From Acidobacteriota bacterium (GTDB lineage Bacteria > Acidobacteriota > UBA890), in the NCBI GenBank assembly GCA_965214245.1, contig CBDCBL010000009.1, positions 15,551 through 79,550 on the forward strand: a stretch of 64,000 bases of DNA, written 5' to 3'. Of the stretch, positions 49,501-60,233 are shown piece after piece (position 1 is the first letter of the stretch; each line of letters opens with the position of its first letter). The notes under the pieces were generated by a model that had not been told where the DNA came from, made no database searches, and saw only the letters and a list, made by a program, of their open reading frames with translations. A program made the translations under genes and the position numbers.

Positions 49501-50954
49501 TGGGTCAACAGGCGGACGCCGAAGCCGGTGCCGCCCTTGGGCTGATACGGCGTTGCTTTCTGGATGAAGGCAGTGCCGGCGATATCGAGGTGTGCCCACA
49601 GTGTGTCGCCGACGAACCGCTCGAGGAACTTCCCGGCCGTGATCGCTCCGGCGTCGCGCCCGGCAGAGTTGCGCACATTGGCGACCTCGCTGTCCACCAT
49701 CTTGTCGTAAACGCTCCACATGGGCAGGCGCCAGATGCGTTCGCCGGTAGCCTCTCCGGCGGCCGTCAACTCGCTGCACAGCACGTCGTCGTTGCCCATG
49801 AGCCCGGCAGCGGCGGATCCGAGTGCAACGACACAGGCGCCGGTCAGCGTCGCCAGATCCACAATGTGCGACGGCTCGTAACGCTGGCGGGCATAGGAGA
49901 GGGCGTCGGCCAAAACCATGCGTCCTTCCGCGTCGGTGTTGAGCACCTCGATGGTCACGCCGTTGTAGGCGCGGACGATGTCGCTCGGACGATAGGCCTG
50001 AGCGCTCGGCATGTTCTCGGCCAGCGGCGTGACGCCGACCACGGCGCGCGGCAGCTTCAGGCGGGCGATGGCCTGCATTGTTCCGTACACGGCCGCCGCA
50101 CCGGACATGTCTGATTTCATGTTCGCCATGTTGCGCGCCGGTTTGATCGAGATCCCGCCGGTGTCGAAGGTGATGCCCTTGCCCACCAGCACGATCGGCG
50201 GGTCCGTGGCACCTTCCGGTCGGTGCTCGAGGATCACCAGGCGAGGGCCGACGGCGGAGCCGCATCCCACGGCGCGCAGGGCGTTGAGACCGATCTCCTC
50301 GGCCTGAACCTCGTCGATGACCTCACTGTGCAGGCCGTGCTCGCCGGCCATCGCCACGGCGCGTTGCGCCAACGTATCGGGGCGCTTGGCATTGCTCGGC
50401 GTGTTGATCAGGTCGCGGGCGAAGCAGGTTGCTTCGGCGACGATCTGCGCGCGTTCCACGATGTCGGCGGCATTGGCGGCCGTGGCGATCTCCACCTCGT
50501 CGATATTGACGCGTTCGGCGGGCGGCTCCTTGTATTCGTAGTATCGGTAACTCGACAGCACGACGGCCTCGGCCGCCGCGGCCGCGAGATCGCCATCGTC
50601 GCAACCGTTGATGGCGGGGAGAGGAACCGCAATGCGGCGATTGCCGCGCCGCCGGGCGGCATTGGCGGCTTTGGCGACGGCACGGCGCCAGCCTTCGACG
50701 TCGGCGCCGGCGTCTGGTCCGAGGCCAACGAGGACGAGCTCCCGCATGGCGGCGGCGTCGGGCGCCGACAACGTCAATATCTGGCCGCTCTTGCCGTGAA
50801 ACCCGGGGCCGTTCATCGCCTCTGAAATCATGCCGCCGACGGCGCCGTCCACCGCTTCCCAAGGCGACGGTTTATCGGCATCCTCGGGGATCCCGAGCAG
50901 CAACGCATCGGTGTCGATTTCCGCGGCCGGGACGTTTGTAACCGAAATCTTCAT
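49485..50954 (-). CDS. pepA: Leucyl aminopeptidase (M17)
   Basis: ...NTDAEGRMVLADAL... is the M17 signature. Start chosen at MKISVTNV. Confidence 0.85.
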   Translation of the reverse strand: MKISVTNVPAAEIDTDALLLGIPEDADKPSPWEAVDGAVGGMISEAMNGPGFHGKSGQILTLSAPDAAAMRELVLVGLGPDAGADVEGWRRAVAKAANAARRRGNRRIAVPLPAINGCDDGDLAAAAAEAVVLSSYRYYEYKEPPAERVNIDEVEIATAANAADIVERAQIVAEATCFARDLINTPSNAKRPDTLAQRAVAMAGEHGLHSEVIDEVQAEEIGLNALRAVGCGSAVGPRLVILEHRPEGATDPPIVLVGKGITFDTGGISIKPARNMANMKSDMSGAAAVYGTMQAIARLKLPRAVVGVTPLAENMPSAQAYRPSDIVRAYNGVTIEVLNTDAEGRMVLADALSYARQRYEPSHIVDLATLTGACVVALGSAAAGLMGNDDVLCSELTAAGEATGERIWRLPMWSVYDKMVDSEVANVRNSAGRDAGAITAGKFLERFVGDTLWAHLDIAGTAFIQKATPYQPKGGTGFGVRLLTHWLSC

Positions 50955-50977
50955 GTCGTTTGCCTTCAGCACCCTGT

Positions 50978-51532
50978 CTAAATACGGGGCGGCGTCACCC
51001 CAGTTTGTGCCTGGTACTTGCCGTGGCGATCGCCGTAGGAAACTTCGCACTCGCCGTCACTGCCGAGAAACAGTAATTGGGCGATGCCTTCGTTGGCGTA
51101 GATCTTGGCTGGCAGAGGGGTCGTGTTGGAGATTTCCAGCGTCAGATGGCCCTCCCACTCGGGCTCGAGCGGGGTGACGTTGGTGATGATTCCGCAGCGC
51201 GCGTACGTTGACTTGCCAACGCAAATCACCAGCACCGAGCGCGGGATCTTGAAGTACTCCAGCGACCGTGCCAGAGCGAAGGAGTTCGGCGGAATGATGC
51301 AGACATCACCCTTGAAGTCCACGAAGGAGTCGGGATCGAAATTCTTCGGGTCGACGACGCTCGTATTGATGTTGGTGAACAGCATGAACTCGTCGGCGAT
51401 CCGCAGGTCGTAGCCGTAGGACGAAACGCCGAATGACACGATGCCTTGTGATACTTGGCCTTCCTCGAACGGGTCGATCATCTGGTGCTCGAGTGCCATC
51501 TTTCTGATCCAGTGATCCGGCTTGATGCTCAT
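50978..51532 (-). CDS. dcd: dCTP deaminase
   Basis: [13 protein letters not shown]...GYDLRI... is 184 aa. Confidence 0.85.
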   Translation of the reverse strand: MSIKPDHWIRKMALEHQMIDPFEEGQVSQGIVSFGVSSYGYDLRIADEFMLFTNINTSVVDPKNFDPDSFVDFKGDVCIIPPNSFALARSLEYFKIPRSVLVICVGKSTYARCGIITNVTPLEPEWEGHLTLEISNTTPLPAKIYANEGIAQLLFLGSDGECEVSYGDRHGKYQAQTGVTPPRI

Positions 51533-52395
51533 GTTGCGTCCTTTGCAGACACTGCTGCATTTCGATGCGCCGCCGCCGCTTTGCGAAGCGCCTCCAGCCA
51601 ATCGAGAGAAACCGCCTTCGCGCCGAGCGCCGTGCGGCCTCTCCCGGGACCGTGAAAATCCGAGCCGCCGGACGGGAGCAGGCCGGTCTTCTCGATCAGC
51701 GCCCGTAATCTCCTCTCGGTCTTGGCGGTGTGTTTGGGATGTCGCACTTCAAACCCATCGAGACCGTAGCCGGCGAGTCGTGCAATGGTGGCATCATCGA
51801 CCCGGCTGCTCGCCGGATGCGCAAGTATGGCAACTCCGCCCGCGGCGTGCACCACATCGATGACGTCCACCGAGGACAGCGTCGGCTTGGGGACGAACGC
51901 CGGGCGGCCGACGCCGATGTAGCGACGAAACGCCTCGTCGAGTGTCTTGGCGGCATTGATGTCGACAAGCGCCTGGGCGATGTGCGGACGGCTGAGGCTG
52001 CCGCCGGCCGCGGTGGCTTCGACGTGGGTGAAGTCTATGTGCACGCCGAGGCTGGAAAGGCGATCGACAATGGCCTCGGCACGGGTCTTGCGAAAGCCAC
52101 GCGAGTCATGGGTGGCGGCGATCAGGCGTTCGCTTTCGTCGTCGACGAACAAGCCGAGCACGTGGATCTCATGGCCGTCCACGTCGGCCGAGAACTCGAG
52201 TCCCGCAACGATCTCGAGGTCGTGCTCTTCGGCGACTCGTCGTGCCGGCGCGACGCCCGAGATGATGTCGTGGTCGGTGACCGCAAGAGCGGCCAGCCCG
52301 GCCGCGATGGCCTCGCCAACCAGTTCCTCCGGCGTCAGACTGCCGTCCGAGAACGTCGTGTGTGCGTGAAGTTCGGCGAGGCGTGCGGTAGAGAT
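51529..52395 (-). CDS. PHP-domain metal-dependent phosphoesterase (TrpH/YcdX-like); no canonical start codon, possibly an ATC start 7 nt after AGGAG
   Basis: ...[20 protein letters not shown]...ALAVTDHD... is the PHP motif. An in-frame stop lies at 52414-52416, and there is no ATG/GTG/TTG before the His motif. Confidence 0.6.
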   Translation of the reverse strand: MSTARLAELHAHTTFSDGSLTPEELVGEAIAAGLAALAVTDHDIISGVAPARRVAEEHDLEIVAGLEFSADVDGHEIHVLGLFVDDESERLIAATHDSRGFRKTRAEAIVDRLSSLGVHIDFTHVEATAAGGSLSRPHIAQALVDINAAKTLDEAFRRYIGVGRPAFVPKPTLSSVDVIDVVHAAGGVAILAHPASSRVDDATIARLAGYGLDGFEVRHPKHTAKTERRLRALIEKTGLLPSGGSDFHGPGRGRTALGAKAVSLDWLEALRKAAAAHRNAAVSAKDAT

Positions 52396-52535
52396 CTCGA
52401 TGCTCCTAGGGCCCTAGTTTTGGTGTGGGCGAGGCCGATCGTCGGGGGAGACGGAACCTGTGCCCTCCAGATGCGATCGCAACTGCCCGCGAGTTTATAC
52501 CCGGCCGCCTATAATAGCGTGGAGGGGGTGGATCC

Positions 52536-53684
52536 GTGGACTTCACGAGTACCGACGAACAGCGCCTCGTAGCCGCGACGGTGCGTGATTTTGCCGCCGA
52601 CGTCATCGGTCCACACGTCCGCGAGTGGGACGAAGCGCAGGCGTTCCCCGGCGAAGTGATGGCGCAGCTTGCTGATCTCGGTTTTCTGGGCGTCATGGTT
52701 CCCGAGGAATACGGCGGCGCCGGTTTCGGGACCGTCGAGTACATCACGATGCTAGAGGAGTTGGCGCGGGTCGATCCGGCCATCGCATTGAGTGTCGCGG
52801 CGCACAATTCGCTGTGCACGGCGCATGTGCAGATCGCCGGCAACGCCGAGCAGAAGCGGCGCTACCTGCCGCGCCTCGCCAGCGGCGAATGGATCGGCGC
52901 TTGGGGCCTTACCGAGCCGCAGGCGGGATCAGACGCTGCCGGCACCCGTGCGACGGCGGAATGGGATGCGCCGCGTGACCGTTGGGTGATCAACGGATCC
53001 AAGACGTTCAACACCAACGGGGCGCGGGCGTCACTGGCAGTCGTGCATGCTGTCACCACCCCGGACAAGGGCAACCGCGGCATCACGGCATTTGCCGTAG
53101 AGGCGGACACCCCGGGCTTTCGCGTCGGTCACAAGGAGGACAAGCTCGGGATGCGGGCCAGCGACACGGTGGAACTGATTCTCGAAGACGTCGCGGTTCC
53201 CGAAGAGAACTTGCTGGGTGAGAAAGACGGTGGGTTCATTGACGCCCTGCGCGTGCTCGACGCCGGACGAATCGGCATTGGCTCCCTCGCGGTGGGTATC
53301 GGCCAAGGCGCCTTCGATGCGTGCATGGTGTACGTGCGCGAGCGCCACCAGTTCGATCGCCCCATCGGTGCCTTCCGTGCCGTCCAGTGGAAGCTCGTCG
53401 CCATGGCGAGCGAGATCCGGGCGGCTCGTTGCTTGGTATTGCGGGCGGCGACGCTGAAGGAGAAGGGCCGGCCGTTCAAGAGGGCTGCGTCGATGGCTAA
53501 GCTGTACGCTAGCGAGATGGCCGTTCGCGTCACCGAGCAGGCGGTTCAGGTGTTCGGCGGCTACGGATATGTCAAGGACTATCCCGTCGAGAAGTTCTTC
53601 CGCGACGCGAAGCTGTGCACGATCGGCGAGGGAACCTCGGAGATCCAGCGCTTGGTCATCTCCCGCGAGCTCCTGCGCGGCTGA
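52536..53684 (+). CDS. Acyl-CoA dehydrogenase (short/branched-chain type)
   Basis: ...[16 protein letters not shown]...[21 protein letters not shown]... Confidence 0.85.
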   Translation: MDFTSTDEQRLVAATVRDFAADVIGPHVREWDEAQAFPGEVMAQLADLGFLGVMVPEEYGGAGFGTVEYITMLEELARVDPAIALSVAAHNSLCTAHVQIAGNAEQKRRYLPRLASGEWIGAWGLTEPQAGSDAAGTRATAEWDAPRDRWVINGSKTFNTNGARASLAVVHAVTTPDKGNRGITAFAVEADTPGFRVGHKEDKLGMRASDTVELILEDVAVPEENLLGEKDGGFIDALRVLDAGRIGIGSLAVGIGQGAFDACMVYVRERHQFDRPIGAFRAVQWKLVAMASEIRAARCLVLRAATLKEKGRPFKRAASMAKLYASEMAVRVTEQAVQVFGGYGYVKDYPVEKFFRDAKLCTIGEGTSEIQRLVISRELLRG

Positions 53685-53685
53685 C

Positions 53686-54657
53686 ATGGCGGCTCGAACG
53701 TACGTCGAAATGAACGGTGCCGAGCTCGTCGAGAGCCTGGCGGCCGGCGATCGCCGCGCCTTGGCGCGAGCGATATCACGGGTCGAGAACGACAGCCTAG
53801 AAGCAGCCGACGTAGTCCGCGCCGCCTACGCCCACTCCAAGAGCGCGCCGATCATCGGCATCACCGGGCCCAGCGGCGCCGGCAAGAGCACGTTGATCGA
53901 CGGCCTCACGTCGGTCTTCCGCCAGGAGGGCGTGAGCATCGGGGTCCTGGTAATCGATCCGAGCAGTCCGTTTACCGGCGGCGCACTGCTCGGCGATCGG
54001 GTTCGCATGCAGGGCCACAGCGAAGACAATGGCGTCTACGTGCGCAGCATGGCGACGCGGGGGGCCATGGGGGGCTTGGCGGCCGCGGTGTACGACACGT
54101 TGACCTTGCTGGCCGTTGCCGGGCTCGACCGGCTGCTGCTCGAGACCGTCGGCGTCGGCCAGGATGAGGTCGACGTGGCCGCCGTCGCGGACACTACCTG
54201 CGTCGTCCTCACCCCCGGAGGCGGCGACGAGATTCAGGCCATCAAGGCGGGGCTCATGGAGGTTGCCGATATCTTCGTGTTGAACAAGGCCGACATACCG
54301 GGCACCGACCGCGCCGAGGCACAGCTGCACACTTGGGTGACCCGTGCCGCCGACGACGGCTGGTCGCCGCCGATTGTGCGTACGGTCGCCGCCGAGGGCA
54401 AGGGTATCGACGAGCTGCGCGCCGCAGTGGCGGCGCACGAGGAGTGGTACGCGTCGAGCGGACAAGCCGAGGAGAAGCGCCGCAGCCTCGCGGCGATGCG
54501 TCTGCGCACGCTGCTGCGCGAGCGGCTGTTGGCGGCCCTCCGAGATAATGGTTTCGACGCCGAGGCGGAGCAGCAGATTGTCGGGGCGATCGCCCGGGGC
54601 GACGTCGATCCTCACAGCGCGGCGCAACAGATTGTCGACGAGGTTTTCGGCCAATGA
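53686..54657 (+). CDS. meaB: Methylmalonyl-CoA mutase-associated G-protein MeaB/ArgK
   Basis: ...GITGPSGAGKSTLIDGL... Confidence 0.85.
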   Translation: MAARTYVEMNGAELVESLAAGDRRALARAISRVENDSLEAADVVRAAYAHSKSAPIIGITGPSGAGKSTLIDGLTSVFRQEGVSIGVLVIDPSSPFTGGALLGDRVRMQGHSEDNGVYVRSMATRGAMGGLAAAVYDTLTLLAVAGLDRLLLETVGVGQDEVDVAAVADTTCVVLTPGGGDEIQAIKAGLMEVADIFVLNKADIPGTDRAEAQLHTWVTRAADDGWSPPIVRTVAAEGKGIDELRAAVAAHEEWYASSGQAEEKRRSLAAMRLRTLLRERLLAALRDNGFDAEAEQQIVGAIARGDVDPHSAAQQIVDEVFGQ

Positions 54658-55076
54658 GCCGCATTCCCGCGGGCGTGATCGATCACGTCGGCATCGCCGT
54701 CCACGACCTCGACGCGGCGGCGGCGCGCTATCAGCAGCTGATGGGGGCCGAGCTGATCGGCCGTGAGGCGATTGCCGCCCAAGGGGTCGAGGTCGCGTTC
54801 CTGCAGTTGCCGGGCAGCGCTCGGGTCGAGTTGATAGCGCCGCGTGACGAGGGGAGCAGCGTGGCGCGGTTTCTGGAAAGCAGTGGTGAGGGATTGCATC
54901 ACATCTGCATGCTGGTCGACGACATCGAGGCGGCGCTCGCCGAGCTCCGGGTGGGCGGCGTCCGCCTGGTCGACGAGGAGCCACGCGCCGGCGCCGAGGG
55001 CGCACGAATCGCCTTCTTGCATCCGGAGGCGCTGGGCGGCGTGCTGCTGGAGCTGAAGGAAAAGCCGTCCGCCTAG
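54654..55076 (+). CDS. mce: Methylmalonyl-CoA epimerase (glyoxalase fold)
   Basis: ...IDHVGIAVHDLDAA...HICMLVDDIEAA... Confidence 0.8.
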   Translation: MSRIPAGVIDHVGIAVHDLDAAAARYQQLMGAELIGREAIAAQGVEVAFLQLPGSARVELIAPRDEGSSVARFLESSGEGLHHICMLVDDIEAALAELRVGGVRLVDEEPRAGAEGARIAFLHPEALGGVLLELKEKPSA

Positions 55077-56221
55077 CGCGGCCTTTGCGGCCGCAGAAAT
55101 ACCACGGTATCGGTTCCGTTGACGACCGCGACGCCCGCCGCGCCGCTTGCCGGCGGCAGTGCCAGATCGGCGCCGATCGGCGGCGGCGCTGTATTGACGC
55201 GTGTCGGCGGCCCGTTGGGTTGCGCACGGGTCGGGCCGCGCACCGCCATCCACGGCCCGTATTGCGGTCCAAGGACCGTCCATACGTCGAACGTGGCCAT
55301 GTCCAGGTAGTTACGTGACGGCAGCGCGAGCGGCAGAAACAACACCGTGCCGTTGCCGGGCTTGAGCCCGATCAGCTGGGCGTCGAGCCCGGCGACCCAG
55401 AGAACATTGCCCGCTACCGCCGGTGCCCCGAGAATGTCGATGCTTCCCAGGGAGCGCGTCCAACGTTTCTTTCCCGTGGTTGCGTCCAACGACGCGACGT
55501 ATCCCGATGTGCCGGCCATGTACACGAAGTTTCCGTTGACGAAGGGTTTGGTCAGGCGCACCCCCGGCGCCTCGTACTGCCATCGCTGGTTGCCGTCGCG
55601 GAGGTCGAGAGCGACGATTCCCCGGCCTTCCGAGGTCACGTAAACGAGGCCGTGGTCGACCGCCAGAACGATGTGCTGGGCCTGCGCGAGCTCGACGCGC
55701 CAGCCGTCGGAGGCGACGCGGGACACGCCACCGGAATCAGCGGTCACCACGACGCCGAGAGCAGCGTCGACCTGGTGGACGGGCTCGTCGACGTCGCGCA
55801 CCGCCACGATATTCCCCTCAATGGAGACCCAGACAACACGTGGCGGGAACGCATCCGTACCGCGCGTTGCCACCACCACCTGCTGCCCGATGGCGGCGGG
55901 GGGCGCGGCGATATCCGAATCGAGCTCGTGGCGCCAGACGAAGGCGCCGTCCTCCACGCGCCACGCCTCCAACACGTTGCCGAGGGCGAGGTACACGTGA
56001 CGCTCACCGACGGCCGGGCGCAGCGTCAGTGGCGACTCCGATGCACGGCTCCACGCCCTCCTCAGCGGCGGCGGCGATCGATCCTCCTCGGCTATTGCCT
56101 CAGCGATGGGCGCCAGCGGATCCGTGTTGGCGCTCGGCCCGCCGCAGGCGACCAGCCCAACGAGCGTCAGAGCCGCCCAGCCCGAGCGCCGTGCGTGGCG
56201 CCCACGGAAGGTGTTCAGCAC
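55073..56221 (-). CDS. PQQ-like beta-propeller repeat lipoprotein (BamB-like)
   Basis: Repeated ...G.VYV...G.V.ALD..TG...W... blades. The lipoprotein signal is VLNTFRGRHARRSGWAALTLVGLVAC if the GTG start at 56221 is used. A longer ORF would collide with the divergent larE-like start. Confidence 0.6.
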   Translation of the reverse strand: MLNTFRGRHARRSGWAALTLVGLVACGGPSANTDPLAPIAEAIAEEDRSPPPLRRAWSRASESPLTLRPAVGERHVYLALGNVLEAWRVEDGAFVWRHELDSDIAAPPAAIGQQVVVATRGTDAFPPRVVWVSIEGNIVAVRDVDEPVHQVDAALGVVVTADSGGVSRVASDGWRVELAQAQHIVLAVDHGLVYVTSEGRGIVALDLRDGNQRWQYEAPGVRLTKPFVNGNFVYMAGTSGYVASLDATTGKKRWTRSLGSIDILGAPAVAGNVLWVAGLDAQLIGLKPGNGTVLFLPLALPSRNYLDMATFDVWTVLGPQYGPWMAVRGPTRAQPNGPPTRVNTAPPPIGADLALPPASGAAGVAVVNGTDTVVFLRPQRPR

Positions 56222-56321
56222 CCTGTCACGCCGGATTGCCGCCCCGGCTGGCGGACTGCTAACCTCGGCTTTACGACCCCGACGGGAGTTTCTCAACACC
56301 CTGCGAGGATTACTGAACGGC

Positions 56322-57158
56322 ATGGCTACTCCAGTTCGTCGCCACCAACTCGAAGCGCCGCTGCGCGACAAATACGATCGCCTCGTTCGTCGCGTCGAAG
56401 CGGCAAACAGCGCGCTGGTCGCTTACTCGGGCGGCGTTGACAGCGCCTTGGTCGCCTTTCTTGCCCATCAAACGCTAGGCTCCCGAAGCCTCGCGGTGAC
56501 CGCCGACAGCCCGGCGGTGCCGCGCAGTCAAATGGCGGCGGCCCGCAACTTTGCACGCTCCGTCGGCATGCGTCACGAAGTCATCTGCACGGACGAGCTC
56601 GAAGATCCGGGATACCGCAACAACGCCGCGAATCGATGTTTCTTTTGCAAAACAGAACTTTACGGCAAGATAACCACAATGGCACGCCGTCGAGGCATGG
56701 AAATCGTCTGGGACGGGACGAACGCGGACGATGGTACCGATTTCCGCCCCGGCATGGCGGCGGCCGAGCAGCACGGCGTGGTCAGTCCCTTGCTCGACGC
56801 CGGATTCGCCAAGAGCGACGTTCGCGCAGTGTCGCGCGTGGCGGGTCTGTCGACGTGGGACCGCCCGGCGGCGGCGTGCCTGTCGTCGCGGGTGGCCTAC
56901 GGATTGGAGGTGACGGCGCGGGTGCTACAGGGGATCGAGGCCGGCGAAGAGGCGCTTCGCGCGCTCGGGTTTCGTCAATTCCGGGTACGACATCACGGCA
57001 AGCTGGTGCGGATCGAGATCGATCCTGCGGAGCTTGATAGCGCCCTGGAGCCGCAGATGGCAAGACGATTCGTCGAGATATTCCGCGATCTCGGGTACGA
57101 GTTCGTGACGCTGGATCTCGAAGGCTATCGAAGCGGCAGCCTCAACGATGAGCTCTAG
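56322..57158 (+). CDS. PP-loop ATP-pyrophosphatase, LarE/TIGR00268-like
   Basis: ...LVAYSGGVDSALVAFLA... is the SGGxDS P-loop. Confidence 0.7.
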   Translation: MATPVRRHQLEAPLRDKYDRLVRRVEAANSALVAYSGGVDSALVAFLAHQTLGSRSLAVTADSPAVPRSQMAAARNFARSVGMRHEVICTDELEDPGYRNNAANRCFFCKTELYGKITTMARRRGMEIVWDGTNADDGTDFRPGMAAAEQHGVVSPLLDAGFAKSDVRAVSRVAGLSTWDRPAAACLSSRVAYGLEVTARVLQGIEAGEEALRALGFRQFRVRHHGKLVRIEIDPAELDSALEPQMARRFVEIFRDLGYEFVTLDLEGYRSGSLNDEL

Positions 57159-57239
57159 TCGGAACTTGTCGACCAGATACGCCGCGCCGTAGCCACCCGT
57201 TGAGCGCTCCGGGCCGGGATTGCTGCGGCGGGCCGCCGG

Positions 57240-58139
57240 TTATCGGTCGCCCCACCGAAGCTTCGTTCGCAGGATTTCGAAGTAGGAGCGTTGGCCGGTC
57301 AGCAGGAGCTCGAACCGGTAGGGGCTCCGCTCGATGGAGACTGCCTCGCCAGGATGCACCGGGATGCCCTCTTGCCCGTCGAGCGTCAGCACTATGTCCT
57401 GGTCTTCGGACAGCAGGCGGACGCGGATGCGCGCCTCTCCCGGGAGCACGAGAGGTCGATTCGCCAGGGAGTGAGGGCTGATCGGTGACAGCACGATGGC
57501 CTCGACCTCGGGGAGCACGATGGGGCCACCGCTCGCCAGGGAATAAGCGGTAGATCCGGTCGGCGTCGCGGCGATGAGGCCGTCTGCCCGGTACCGCGAC
57601 ACGAAGTCGCCGTCGACAGTCACTTCGAGCTGAACGATCCGCGCCAGCGCCGTCTTGTTGACGACGGCGTCGTTCAAGACGTCTCGGATCTCACTCGCCG
57701 TGCCCCCGTCGGGCTCGTCCGCCGGCCCGACGCCGGCGCGCAGCATCATGCGGCTGGTGGAGACGTAGTGACCGGCGAGCAGATCGTCGATGGCTGCCTC
57801 GCTTTCCGCGCGTACCGTCGACGTGAGGAACCCCAGGCTGCCGTAGTTGATACCGATCACCGGCACCTTCGCCGCGGCGGCGCTGCGCGCCACGGAAAGC
57901 AACGTGCCGTCACCTCCCAGGACCACGATCAGATCGACATGCCCGGCCAGCTCGGAGTGGGCAACGGCGGGCGGCGGATCGTGCATCAAGTCGGCAGCGG
58001 ACTCGTCGCACGAAACGTCTCGGCCGTGCTCCACGAGCTTGGCGGCGATGCGATCGAGCGCGGGGCCCACGTCTTCTTGGTGCGTCTTGGCAACGATGCC
58101 GACGCGTTGGAAGTGCCGCTCTGTGTGGTTCGACGACAC
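57240..58139 (-). CDS. nadK: NAD(+) kinase
   Basis: ...IVVLGGDGTLL... Confidence 0.85.
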   Translation of the reverse strand: MSSNHTERHFQRVGIVAKTHQEDVGPALDRIAAKLVEHGRDVSCDESAADLMHDPPPAVAHSELAGHVDLIVVLGGDGTLLSVARSAAAAKVPVIGINYGSLGFLTSTVRAESEAAIDDLLAGHYVSTSRMMLRAGVGPADEPDGGTASEIRDVLNDAVVNKTALARIVQLEVTVDGDFVSRYRADGLIAATPTGSTAYSLASGGPIVLPEVEAIVLSPISPHSLANRPLVLPGEARIRVRLLSEDQDIVLTLDGQEGIPVHPGEAVSIERSPYRFELLLTGQRSYFEILRTKLRWGDR

Positions 58140-58142
58140 CGC

Positions 58143-58955
58143 TCAACCCTCCGGGATGGCGACAGAATCGAGGAGCACATCGAGGCTAGCAGTTTCACCG
58201 CCGCGGTGTTGCCGGGACAGGTACAGGAAGCATTCCCAGTTCCCCGCGGCGCCGCGTATCGGGCTCGGGATTGCCGCCCGAACGCGCCAACCGGTTTGTG
58301 CCGCGTCCGTCCCTACGGTCGCCAACGCCGTTCGCCGGTCCGCGGCGGCGCCAACGACACCTCCCGGCGCTACGGAGTCCGGGCCGCACTCGAACTGCGG
58401 CTTGACGAGCACCAATGCCTCCGCTTCGGGGGCACATACGGCGGTGACCGCGGGCAGCATCTTGCCCAGGCCGATGAACGATACGTCGACGACCAGCAAA
58501 TCAGGTGACGCCACAACTTCTTCGGGGAGGTCGTCGGTACTCAGGTACCGCGCGTTGACACGTTCCATGACTACGACGCGCTCGTCCTGGCGCAGCTTCC
58601 AGTCGAGCTGGCCGTAACCGACGTCGACGGCGATCACCTGCGCGGCGCCGTTTTGCAGGAGGCAGTCGGTGAACCCGCCGGTCGACGCGCCGATGTCGAG
58701 GCAGACGCGCGATTGCGGGTCGATATCGGCGATCTCGAGAGCGGCGGCGAGCTTCTCGCCGCCACGGCCGACGAAGCGGGGAGGCTCGAGAATCTCGATG
58801 TCGGCCCCGGGATCCACCAGTGTTCCCGCCTTGGCTGCGGTATGTCCGTTGACGCGCACCTGGCCGGCCATGATCAAGGCACGAGCCTGGCTGCGACTGT
58901 CGGCGAGAGAAAGCGCCACGAGCGCCTGGTCGAGGCAGGAGCGAGTGGCCGTCAC
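58143..58955 (-). CDS. tlyA: TlyA-family 16S/23S rRNA (cytidine-2'-O)-methyltransferase
   Basis: An S4 domain followed by ...CLDIGASTGGFTDCLL... Confidence 0.85.
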   Translation of the reverse strand: MTATRSCLDQALVALSLADSRSQARALIMAGQVRVNGHTAAKAGTLVDPGADIEILEPPRFVGRGGEKLAAALEIADIDPQSRVCLDIGASTGGFTDCLLQNGAAQVIAVDVGYGQLDWKLRQDERVVVMERVNARYLSTDDLPEEVVASPDLLVVDVSFIGLGKMLPAVTAVCAPEAEALVLVKPQFECGPDSVAPGGVVGAAADRRTALATVGTDAAQTGWRVRAAIPSPIRGAAGNWECFLYLSRQHRGGETASLDVLLDSVAIPEG

Positions 58956-59875
58956 CGGCTCCGTTCGACGACGAAGTCGGCGATGGTGCGCAGCGGAGCG
59001 GCGCGCTCGCCGAACGGTTCGAGCGCCGAGATCGCTTGCTGCCGCAGACGCTCGGCTTCAGCGCGCGCGGCGTCGACGCCTAACAGGGCAGGGTAGGTCG
59101 ATTTGCGGCGCGCGACGTCCGCTCCCGGCGTCTTGCCGAGGTCTTCTACCGATCCCTCGACGTCCAGCAGATCGTCGACCACCTGGAAGGCGAGGCCGAC
59201 GGCGCGACCGTAGGTTGTGAGGCTGTGCAGCGACGCCTCGTCGGCCGCCGCCAGGATCGCGCCCATGCGAACGCACCCCGTCAGCAACGCCCCGGTCTTG
59301 GAGCCGTGCAGCGCCTCCAGATCCGTCAGCGTCAGCGACACACCCTCGGACTCGATGTCTTGGCACTGGCCGCCCGCCATGCCGGCGCTTCCGGCAGCGT
59401 TGCCGAGCTCCCATGCGACTTCCGACCAGGCCCGGGGATCTTGTGAGTGACGCGCGGCGTCTGCCAGGTGCGTGAAGGCGAGGGTTTGCAGCGCGTCGCC
59501 GGCGAGGATCGCCATTGCCTCGCCGAACACAATGTGGCTCGTGGGCTCGCCACGACGCAGCTCGTCGTCGTCGAAGGCCGGCAGGTCGTCGTGGATCAAC
59601 GAGTAGGTGTGGACGAGCTCGACGGCGCAGGCGGCCGGCAGGAGGGTGTCACGTTCGGCGCCACACGCTTCGCCTGCCGTCAGCAACAGGATGGGCCGCA
59701 GGCGCTTGCCGCCGACGAACATGGAATACCGCATCGCCTTGTGCAGCGGCGGCGTGCCTTCGTCCTCCGGCGGCAGCAGCTTGTCGAGCGCAGCGTCGAT
59801 GAATTGCTGGTAGTCGGCAAAGAGTCGGCGAGCGTTGGTAGCCGAGCTCTCGCCGACGTCAGCCATCCTCGACAT
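58952..59875 (-). CDS. ispA: Polyprenyl (farnesyl/geranylgeranyl) diphosphate synthase
   Basis: LIHDDLPAFDDDELRRG and FQVVDDLLD are the two Asp-rich motifs. Confidence 0.85.
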   Translation of the reverse strand: MSRMADVGESSATNARRLFADYQQFIDAALDKLLPPEDEGTPPLHKAMRYSMFVGGKRLRPILLLTAGEACGAERDTLLPAACAVELVHTYSLIHDDLPAFDDDELRRGEPTSHIVFGEAMAILAGDALQTLAFTHLADAARHSQDPRAWSEVAWELGNAAGSAGMAGGQCQDIESEGVSLTLTDLEALHGSKTGALLTGCVRMGAILAAADEASLHSLTTYGRAVGLAFQVVDDLLDVEGSVEDLGKTPGADVARRKSTYPALLGVDAARAEAERLRQQAISALEPFGERAAPLRTIADFVVERSR

Positions 59876-60170
59876 CCTCTTCAGGAACCTCGAGCGGCTC
59901 GCTCGTTATTTTTCCATCGAGGGTTTCGGAGAGCCGCTCGATCCGCTGCTCCATGCCGTCCAGGCGCCGGCGGCAGAACGCGAACAGGTGCACGGCGGTC
60001 TCGTAGACCTCGAGGGCCTGCTCCAACGGGATGTCGCCCTCCTCGAGATGGGCGGCGAGCTCTTCGAGCTTCAGCAGCGCGTTGTCGAAGGTGAGCGACT
60101 CGTCACCGAACGCAAAGGGCTCCTGATCTGCGGTGTCGGAAGAGGCGTCGGTCATGACTGGTGCGGCCAA
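59859..60170 (-). CDS. xseB: Exodeoxyribonuclease VII small subunit (start may be the internal Met at ~60155)
   Basis: ...SLTFDNALLKLEELAAHLEEGDIPLEQALEVYE... Confidence 0.75.
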   Translation of the reverse strand: MAAPVMTDASSDTADQEPFAFGDESLTFDNALLKLEELAAHLEEGDIPLEQALEVYETAVHLFAFCRRRLDGMEQRIERLSETLDGKITSEPLEVPEEDVEDG

Positions 60171-60233
60171 ACGTTGGGTTCAGGATCGCGTGAATCAGCG
60201 GCCGGAGGCGATGCTAACACCGCCCATGTAGCC

